This document shows positions 37,305 through 44,533 of a stretch of 64,000 bases of DNA, piece after piece (position 1 is the stretch's first letter; each line of letters starts with the position of its first letter). This DNA comes from a virus. A model generated the notes under the pieces. It did not search any database and was not told the origin of the DNA. It saw nothing but the letters and a program-made list of their open reading frames with translations. The stretch spans positions 32,001 through 96,000 of the IMG/VR virus record IMGVR_UViG_3300045988_161245; one strand, written 5' to 3'. Both the position numbers and the translations under genes were made by a program.

Positions 37305-37517
37305 TTAAAATTTTTTGCCATCTGGGAACTCAAAATAACAAACGTATTCTGCTCCCATGGCGTGAGCAATCTGCTCAAGTTCCTCTTTGGTAAATTTACC
37401 GCGTGATATTCTTGTACAGATTGTCTGCTGTGTCACATCAAAGGCTTTTTTACCCATTTCAGTCTTGGACATATTTGCATGGGCTAAAGCCCCTTCAATT
37501 TTTTCCTGCATATTCAT
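37305..37517 (-). CDS. XRE/Cro-type HTH regulator
   Basis: MSKTEMGKKAFDVTQQTICTRISRGKFTKEELEQIAHAMG. AGGAGG lies 10 nt upstream of ATG 37517. Confidence 0.55.
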   Translation of the reverse strand: MNMQEKIEGALAHANMSKTEMGKKAFDVTQQTICTRISRGKFTKEELEQIAHAMGAEYVCYFEFPDGKKF

Positions 37518-37680
37518 AGTCAAACTACCTCCTGCACTTAATTATAAATTATGCAAAGAGTGTATGCAAGAACCTTTTTCACCTCCTCATAAAAGGGTAG
37601 ACTATGCCCTGGATCATAAATGCTGCGGTTTACGAGTTACGAATGGCACACTTAACGTTGATGCCAGTGTGCCTGTTTAA

Positions 37681-37887
37681 TTACAGAATATTAGACACGT
37701 AATCTTTTACCATGTCTACAACTGCCGTGTCTACATATTTCAACGGATCATCAGCAAACGCTTTCCAGTCCTGCTGAATACACATCCATTGATAAGTGGT
37801 TAAAGGAGTACCAAGAAGGTACTCCGTGGCTTTTCTACGAGTTACTACGCCACTTACGCTGTCAGAAATCTTAACTATAGCTACCAT
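37681..37887 (-). CDS. hypothetical protein
   Basis: ATG 37887 follows a CAGGAGGTGG SD. Confidence 0.55.
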   Translation of the reverse strand: MVAIVKISDSVSGVVTRRKATEYLLGTPLTTYQWMCIQQDWKAFADDPLKYVDTAVVDMVKDYVSNIL

Positions 37888-37888
37888 A

Positions 37889-38494
37889 TTAAGCCACCTC
37901 CTGTTTAGTCTCAGCCTCAGCTTTGATTGATTTATCAATTTCAGCCAGTGCATAGTCACAGAATGCGCTCATCCACATTTTATTGAACTGACGTTTGGAG
38001 TACAGACTTGTGAACTGGTTTTTCTCCAGAATCATTTTGTTACTGGAGGCTTTAATACCTACAAGGTCACACAGTCTTTCAGCCATTTTATTAATGGCAG
38101 TATCTGTACCTTTTGCGCCGAATCTGCGGACGAACTCCTGGCAAGCCTGGAGATATTCGCCACGTTTACCCTCGTTAATCTTTTTAAGGTAACAGTCGTA
38201 CATACCCTGTGGTACGAGACAAAGAACACGGTTCAGCTCCTCATTGATAGGTGATACCTCAGCCTTATAACCTTTAGTAAGAGCCTCAATTTCAGCGGAC
38301 AGAGACTTAGAAAGCTCCACATCACCTGTTGAGATAGCCACGTCCAGCTTATCCTGGAGCGGTTTTCTGGCAAGTGCAAAGTCATTAGCTTTCTGTGCCA
38401 GTTCTAACCGAACCTGTTTAAAGGTTCTGAGGTCATCAATTACACCACTGTTCATAGAATTGAAGTTGATTTTTTTGTTTGTAGATTTAGACAT
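37889..38494 (-). CDS. hypothetical protein
   Basis: ATG 38494 follows an AGAGGAGAA SD. 201 aa, helical and charged. Visibly GC-richer than the rest of the block. Confidence 0.6.
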   Translation of the reverse strand: MSKSTNKKINFNSMNSGVIDDLRTFKQVRLELAQKANDFALARKPLQDKLDVAISTGDVELSKSLSAEIEALTKGYKAEVSPINEELNRVLCLVPQGMYDCYLKKINEGKRGEYLQACQEFVRRFGAKGTDTAINKMAERLCDLVGIKASSNKMILEKNQFTSLYSKRQFNKMWMSAFCDYALAEIDKSIKAEAETKQEVA

Positions 38495-38639
38495 AGTATT
38501 CTCCTCTGGTATTTTTACCAGTCGCTTTTTACTGGGAAGGCATAACCCATCATTCACTGGATATAATCCTAGTGCGTGTTATTCAATTGTGAAACAATAA
38601 TCCTGTGATTGAACCATAGACCTATAGCCTGGATCATTA

Positions 38640-38672
38640 GAAAAGCCTGTACATTACACCCTGTACAGGCTT
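38640..38672 (-). terminator. intrinsic terminator
   Basis: Perfect 10-bp stem AAGCCTGTAC / GTACAGGCTT, followed on the minus strand by TTTTCT. Confidence 0.65.
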
Positions 38673-38704
38673 GACATTTAGTGACTAATGGTGTAAACTA
38701 AAAG

Positions 38705-38848
38705 CTACTTAAAGCTACCACAGAGAACACTTTTTACAGCGTCCTCGTAGCAACTTTTTAGTTCGTTCGTGTCGCAAGAACACAGAAATCGTCCCTGGAA
38801 GAACAATTCGTAGTGTTCTTTGCACCGAACTACATCAATAGTTACCAT
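38705..38848 (-). CDS. hypothetical Cys-rich small protein (47 aa)
   Basis: GGAGGTGAAAC SD followed by MVTIDVVRCKEHYELFFQGRFLCSCDTNELKSCYEDAVKSVLCGSFK. Confidence 0.55.
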   Translation of the reverse strand: MVTIDVVRCKEHYELFFQGRFLCSCDTNELKSCYEDAVKSVLCGSFK

Positions 38849-39244
38849 AGTTTCACCTCCTCTCTGAAAATAAGTTGGTGAAACAATTATGTATTATGTA
38901 TTTATAAACCGCTTTTCCAGTTTCGAGCGAATCCAGAACGAATTACTGGTAGCGATGGACAGAATCAGCCTCTTACCGCATGACTTAGGTGTAATCCAAC
39001 ACCTGTAGCTTATTGTAACCGCTGGTCTTTTGGCGGTAGGTCTGCTACAACCCTTCACGCACTTTTACTGGTGGCGCTAATACTGGCGAGAAATCCACAA
39101 GCCAGAACCTTTTATGAGGAAAACAGAAAGACTTCACGCTATCGCTAGACAACTTGCAATTTGTAAGAACTGCTATTCAATCAATCATCATTCACTTTTC
39201 AAAGTACGGAATGCTGAATGCCTAAATCATCAGCGTGGGTTGAT

Positions 39245-39276
39245 TGTTACCGCCGGATTAGTCCGGCAACTTTTTT
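39245..39276 (+). terminator. intrinsic terminator
   Basis: Stem GCCGGA-ttag-TCCGGC followed by TTTTTT. Confidence 0.7.
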
Positions 39277-39306
39277 GGGACACTCAACAGACATTTGTCT
39301 GTTGTT

Positions 39307-39353
39307 GGTGTTACTATATCACATACGTTTGTATGTGTCAACACCTTTTTTTT
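39307..39353 (+). terminator. intrinsic terminator (compound hairpin)
   Basis: Outer stem GGTGTT...AACACC encloses ACATAC-gttt-GTATGT and is followed by a T8 run. Confidence 0.65.
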
Positions 39354-39461
39354 AAACTTTTTAAAACTTTTTTCTGGTAGGTATTCCAGATACATACACT
39401 TGAACATTCACAACTGAAAAGTCGTTGTTGCTGTATCTCAATTGCTTGACGCAAGTATAAC

Positions 39462-39536
39462 ACTTTGTACAAAGTATTTTCAAGTCGGAATATTGTACAA
39501 AGTGTAGCTTGCTTTTCTGTTTACTTTGTACAAAGT
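39462..39536. promoter_or_regulatory. three operator-like palindromes (ACTTTGTACAAAGT) overlapping candidate divergent promoters
   Basis: Perfect 14-bp palindromes at 39462-39475 and 39523-39536, and a 12/14 copy at 39490-39503. TATAAT at 39538-39543 is on the plus strand. TTGAAA-17nt-TTATAC on the minus strand spans the first site. Confidence 0.55.
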
Positions 39537-39709
39537 GTATAATTACATACTTTTTTTATTCGCCTTTATTAGAAGGAATATTTCAAAAATACAGAAGTAA
39601 AAACCATGGAAAGTATTGATTTTACTAGCGTTGTGGGCTGTCGTATGGTATAATTCTTGTGAAATTATTTCTATATAATGCAAAAAAATGAAAGTAGGTT
39701 GATATATAA

Positions 39710-39919
39710 ATGTCAGATAATAATGAAAATAAATTCAATAAAGTAAAATATGATAATGATTATATAAAAAATAACTATGACCAGGTACGTTTTACAGTCA
39801 AAAAGGGTAAAAAAGAAGAATTGAAAGAACATTGTAGCAAGTTTGGTTATAAAAGTGTGAATGATTTTATAAATAAAGCTGTAAATGAGAAAATAGCTAG
39901 GGATTTAGGTGAAATGTAA
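39710..39919 (+). CDS. ribbon-helix-helix (Arc/CopG-like) protein
   Basis: VRFTVKKGKKEELKEHCSKFGYKSVNDFINKAVNEKI fits an RHH strand-helix-helix layout. First rightward gene after the operators. Confidence 0.5.
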   Translation: MSDNNENKFNKVKYDNDYIKNNYDQVRFTVKKGKKEELKEHCSKFGYKSVNDFINKAVNEKIARDLGEM

Positions 39920-40611
39920 ATACAATTTAGTGTATTATAGCTATTGCGTGTGTAAATGTATAATTGTTTGAAAACGTCCGTGTATGAAAGACATTTTGTA
40001 AGCAGTGAGTTGAGCTGCGGTATAGGCATATTGCACAAAAGTATTGGATTTAGTGGGATTGTTGGCTGTGGTGTGGTGTGGATTGCATGGTGAAAGTGTC
40101 TTTTTGAGGGTAATTTTTAGGGAATCGGGGAAAGACATTGTGCAAAGTGCATAAAATGGTGTATAGGAATACTATGTCATGTAGTTTTGAAAACTATATA
40201 AGGTAGTTTAGTATTCCATATGTGATAGTTTATAGTATACATGATGTACTATAGTGTACTAGTTAAATTGTTTTGAAAATGATATAACATAGTTTTCGAT
40301 ACTGTATTATATGGTATTACTGCAATGTCTGGTAAAAAATTTCATTTTATCCATAGCCATTAAACCCTTGTAAATACTGGATTTCTACGACTTTTTACCC
40401 TATTTTTTTGAAAAATTCCTACTATATACCAGTTTAAAGCCCTTGCCAGACAACGCCAGAATGTCTTGTATAGTAATTTCTATATTTTCTATCATAGAAG
40501 TATAAAAGCATGTCTACTAATATCTATTAGAAGTCATGGAAAATAAGGATGGGGGTACTTTCCATCCTGGAGCAGATCCAGGATCGGCTCAGCAGCATAA
40601 GCAGGTCAATC

Positions 40612-41275
40612 TCCACACTGACTGGAAAATCCCTCTTCACAATAAATCCCTACTAACTCACGCTCTCCATTACTCTCTCATCGTATCGACCACCGTATCG
40701 TAAAATCCCAGTTTTTTCCTATCATCTTTCACTCCCACTCCACAAAAATCACACCAAAAATCACACAAAAATCACACACCAATCTCGCTCAACTCAAATA
40801 AATTCAAGCCATCAATCGATACCGTTCAACCATCCAAGTTCCTCCACAACCATCGCTCCCCACTCACCACACCAAAATCTCAATGTTTTCCTGGCATAAC
40901 TAGCAATTTTTCACCACTCTCAAAATATTCATTCGATAAAATCCCAATAAATCCCTACTCAAAACCCATTTTACTCATCACACAAATCGTATTCTTTCCT
41001 ATATAAATACTGTTATCTCTCGGTATCAAAAAAACACAACTTAATTCACACAATTTAAACTAAAAAATTTAAAAGCAGCCATCCAATCTGGACGTGCTGC
41101 TTTATTTTTTAACTCTCCACTCACTCAAATCCAGTTTTAACACATCTATAGTCCACACCTATTCTAAATCAAAATTCTACCATAAAAATCGTCCAAACAC
41201 CTCTACCCTACCAATTTACCACTAACCACTATTTCATCAAAAATTACCATCAAAAACTCATCTAAAGTACCGTAA
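40612..41275 (+). other. G-depleted, C/A-rich ORF-free tract with internal direct repeats
   Basis: By eye, roughly one G per 15-20 nt on the plus strand. No ORFs on either strand. CAATAAATCCCTACT occurs at 40640-40654 and 40945-40959, and AAAAATCACAC occurs three times at 40744-40777. Confidence 0.8.
41072..41110 (+). terminator. intrinsic terminator inside the G-poor tract
   Basis: Stem AAAGCAGC / GCTGCTTT followed by ATTTTTT. Confidence 0.6.
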
Positions 41276-41347
41276 TGAGGGGTATGTTTTAGTCTCAGCT
41301 GCACTCACTACCCAGATCACCATCCAGGTCTAATATATAGCTATAAT

Positions 41348-41446
41348 TTTTTCGAATCTAACTCAAAGTTAACTCAAATCTAACTTGAATTTAATTCAAA
41401 GTTAATTCAAAGTTAACTCGAATCTAACTTAAAATTACATTAAACT
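41348..41446. repeat. array of about 8-9 degenerate 11-bp tandem repeats (TAACTCAAAGT type)
   Basis: Units are TAACTCAAAGT, TAACTCAAATC, TAACTTGAATT, TAATTCAAAGT, TAATTCAAAGT, TAACTCGAATC, TAACTTAAAAT. TCGAATCTAACT recurs 65 bp apart. Confidence 0.85.
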
Positions 41447-41619
41447 AATATACTTCTCATTTCGCATTAAATTTAATTCCTAAGAATAAAATAAAATTCC
41501 ATTTAGAAGTCTATATTGATCCATCTATCTCACTTTCACTATCACTATTTTTAGATTAAATACAAATCTAAACAAGAAAAAAATAATATAGTATATATCA
41601 GTTAAGGAGAATTTTAAAT

Positions 41620-41967
41620 ATGAATAATAACGAAATTCAGAGATACGTATCTATCTTACTTGGCAAAGAAAATGTTGAAACAATATCAGATCTACAACTT
41701 TTGTTTAATCGCTATGACGTACATATCTCCAGACGTTTTGACGCAGTAGAAAATGGCGAACCTATGCTTTACCGTAGAGAAGATCTTACACAATGGGCAA
41801 AAGAAGCATTTGAACGTGGTGAAAAATATTTTTACTGTAAACCAGTTGATGAGAAAAATCCTTATGGACCATTAGTTCTTTGTAAACCAGAATACAAATA
41901 TAGGTTACTTCGTGCACTAACTGAAGAAGAATACAATAACGTTTTTTCAGAATATAAAGAAAAATAA
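41620..41967 (+). CDS. hypothetical protein
   Basis: TAAGGAGAA SD precedes the start. First gene of the rightward block. Confidence 0.65.
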   Translation: MNNNEIQRYVSILLGKENVETISDLQLLFNRYDVHISRRFDAVENGEPMLYRREDLTQWAKEAFERGEKYFYCKPVDEKNPYGPLVLCKPEYKYRLLRALTEEEYNNVFSEYKEK

Positions 41968-41998
41968 TTTAGAAGTAGATATTAAGGAGGAATTATTT

Positions 41999-42298
41999 AT
42001 GGCTCAACGACCATATACAGAGCTACAAAGATATTTGAGAAAACTTTATAATAAAGGAACTATTTTTCTTATGTGGGCAGATAGAAAAGAATTAATAGAA
42101 ACTATAAATGCTAAAAGTAATGGAAAACTTTTAAAGAGAGCATCTTCTATTAATAAAGTTTTAGAAGAACGAAAAATCAATTTTCGTATAAAACCAATAA
42201 CAAAACAAATTACTTTTGTAGATGAAAATGGAAATAAAATTAGAAGAAGATATAAAAGTGCATGGCGCATTATAAAAATTCCAAAGGAGGAAAAATAA
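41999..42298 (+). CDS. hypothetical basic protein
   Basis: AAGGAGGAA SD precedes the start. Confidence 0.65.
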   Translation: MAQRPYTELQRYLRKLYNKGTIFLMWADRKELIETINAKSNGKLLKRASSINKVLEERKINFRIKPITKQITFVDENGNKIRRRYKSAWRIIKIPKEEK

Positions 42299-42301
42299 TT
42301 T

Positions 42302-43552
42302 ATGATAACTGTAATTGATTCTATCATGGGATCTGGTAAAACCAGTTGGGCAATTCAACACGTTAATGAAGCTGATTACTGTAATGATCGTTTTCTTTAT
42401 ATAACTCCATTCTTAGATGAAGTAAAACGTATTATGGATAAAACGGATGTCGATTTCTTCCAACCACAAAACAGAGGAAAGGGCAAATTAAATAATATCA
42501 ATATGTTATTTCAGAAAGGTTCTAATATTGCTTCTACCCACGAACTATTTAAAAATTTTGATGAAAATACTCGATCTAACATAAGAGAAATTTCACAAAC
42601 ACTTAATTACACTCTTATTCTTGATGAGGTATTAAATGTAATTGAACCTTATACAGAATTAAAACAAGGTGATTTACGAATTCTTAAGCAAGGCGGTTGG
42701 ATTACAATTGACGAAGATGGCTTTGTTATATGGAATGAAAAAGAATATAAACTGGATAGCAAATATAACGACATTAAACAATTAGCAATCACAAAATCAC
42801 TGCTATGTATTAATGACACTATTCTTCTTTGGAGATATCCACCAGAAATTTTTTCTTATTTTAAAAATATTTATATTCTTACATATATGTTTGATGCAAG
42901 TATTTTAAAATATTATTTTGATGTATATCATATCGACTATACAGTAAAAAGTATTATACTTGAAAATGGATTTTATAAAATTGTAGATTATTATAAACCA
43001 GATACAACTAAATATCAGGATATCATTAATATTTACGAAGGTAAACTTAATGAAAATATTCCATGTAAACTTACATCATTTTCAAGTAGCTGGTTTGATA
43101 CTGCAAATAAAAATTATACAGATAAATTAAAAAATAACATTTACAATTATTTTACAAATATTATTAATTCTTCATCAAAAGATATTATGTGGACTTGTTT
43201 TAAGAAAGCAAAAAACAAACTAAAAGGTAAGGGATATACAAAACAGTTTGTTCCATGTAATTGTAGATCAACAAATGATTATAATGAAAAATCTACATTA
43301 GTTTATTGTTGCAATATCTTTTTTCATCCAGGAATAACTAACTTCTTTTCAAAACACAATTTAACATTAAATGCAAATAAATATGCTTTATCAGAAATGA
43401 TTCAATGGATTTGGAGAAGTAAAATAAGAAATGATGAAAAAATTAATATTTACATTCCTTCTGTCCGTATGAGAATGCTTCTCAAAGAATGGTTAAAATT
43501 AGATGATGAGAAAATTAATGAAAAAAAGTTTTTAGGAAGTCAAACTTCCTAA
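42302..43552 (+). CDS. P-loop NTPase (helicase/ATPase-like)
   Basis: Walker A DSIMGSGKTSW and Walker B YTLILDEVLN. Confidence 0.6.
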   Translation: MITVIDSIMGSGKTSWAIQHVNEADYCNDRFLYITPFLDEVKRIMDKTDVDFFQPQNRGKGKLNNINMLFQKGSNIASTHELFKNFDENTRSNIREISQTLNYTLILDEVLNVIEPYTELKQGDLRILKQGGWITIDEDGFVIWNEKEYKLDSKYNDIKQLAITKSLLCINDTILLWRYPPEIFSYFKNIYILTYMFDASILKYYFDVYHIDYTVKSIILENGFYKIVDYYKPDTTKYQDIINIYEGKLNENIPCKLTSFSSSWFDTANKNYTDKLKNNIYNYFTNIINSSSKDIMWTCFKKAKNKLKGKGYTKQFVPCNCRSTNDYNEKSTLVYCCNIFFHPGITNFFSKHNLTLNANKYALSEMIQWIWRSKIRNDEKINIYIPSVRMRMLLKEWLKLDDEKINEKKFLGSQTS

Positions 43553-43687
43553 AATTGAAAAATTAGGGCTTTCGATGCCAATAAAATAAAGGGATCTCAA
43601 TTTTGATTCCTTAAAAGAAAAAATAAAAAAATTTATAAAAAGAGCTATATAAAAATAAAACCAATTTTATACAATCAAACCAATTTC

Positions 43688-43948
43688 GAACGAACAATTT
43701 TGAAGCGTTAGCGAAAAATTGTGAAGTGACTCCAAATGAACGAAGCTTTAGCGTAGTGAATGCGGTGAAGCACTGTCGGAACGACAGGATAGTTAATTTA
43801 AAATATTTGATTATAAATATTTATTATAAATTTGGATTATACTTTACTGGTGTTCCACCAGGTACTGCCGCACTCACTTCGCTTACGCTACGTTCATTTG
43901 TCATCACTACGCTATATGTTTCGCTGCGCTTCACATCTAGCTTCGTTC
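43688..43948. repeat. composite imperfect inverted repeat (about 85-bp arms) around an AT-rich spacer; origin-like
   Basis: The left arm 43688-43772 and the reverse complement of the right arm 43862-43948 share TGAAGCG, AGCGAAA, AAATGAACG(A/T)AGC, AGCG(T/A)AGTGA. GAACG(A/T)AGC boxes occur in both orientations. The spacer 43790-43850 is almost pure A/T. Confidence 0.75.
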
Positions 43949-44227
43949 TATTTGATTTTATTATTTATTATCTATTTTTATTGTCAATATCATTATCTAT
44001 TCAGATAAATAAATTCCAACATAACTCACAACTAAATAGAGAAGAAATTAATAGTCAGGTGTGAAATAACACATTTGCACTTTTTGTGAATAAAAGATTT
44101 TTCTATTAAGAAGAATTTTATATAACCTACTACCCTTCAGCCCTTCACATTTAGTAGGTTATGCAACTTATCAACCTCGCACAGAAAGGATTAATACCAA
44201 TTATGTTAAAAGGAGTAAACACTAAAT

Positions 44228-44527
44228 ATGAATACAGAAGTAAACACAGACAACGTTGCACTTACACAGAGATTATCATCTAAGACTACTAAAAATTATT
44301 ATACAGGCGGTACATTTCCTGCTATACCATCTCGTGAAGAATTTCATCGCTATGCATCAAATGTATTAAATTTATATGCTTTTGAGACTGATTATCCCCC
44401 ATTTCCTAGTTGTAATATTAATGCTGCAGCTTCTTCTATTGGATGGACAAAAAGTAATAATAAAAATAAGGGAAATAAATACAAATTTAAATCAACTAAA
44501 AATTCTACTAAGAAAGATCATCAATAA
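44228..44527 (+). CDS. hypothetical protein with lysine-rich tail
   Basis: AAAGGAG SD precedes the start. Confidence 0.6.
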   Translation: MNTEVNTDNVALTQRLSSKTTKNYYTGGTFPAIPSREEFHRYASNVLNLYAFETDYPPFPSCNINAAASSIGWTKSNNKNKGNKYKFKSTKNSTKKDHQ

Positions 44528-44533
44528 TGTAAG

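Larger units (their letters stand above)
38880..39353 (+). ncRNA. candidate structured noncoding RNA or long leader (strand uncertain)
   Basis: No credible ORF. Visibly GC-richer, with several hairpins (GGTGT-aatcca-ACACC, ACCGC-...-GCGGT), and ends in tandem plus-strand terminators. Confidence 0.3.

Noticed and set aside
39114-39380. 88-aa plus-strand ORF in the control region
   Set aside because: It has no SD and a hydrophobic, Cys-rich nonsense-like sequence. It runs straight through two intrinsic terminators, so the region is better explained as noncoding structured RNA.
38860-41620. Retron or diversity-generating retroelement explaining the noncoding structured DNA
   Set aside because: No reverse-transcriptase-like ORF occurs anywhere in the window.
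43726-44064. 112-aa plus-strand ORF
   Set aside because: It lies entirely within the composite inverted repeat and AT-rich spacer. It has no SD and a low-complexity translation, so it is treated as an artefact.
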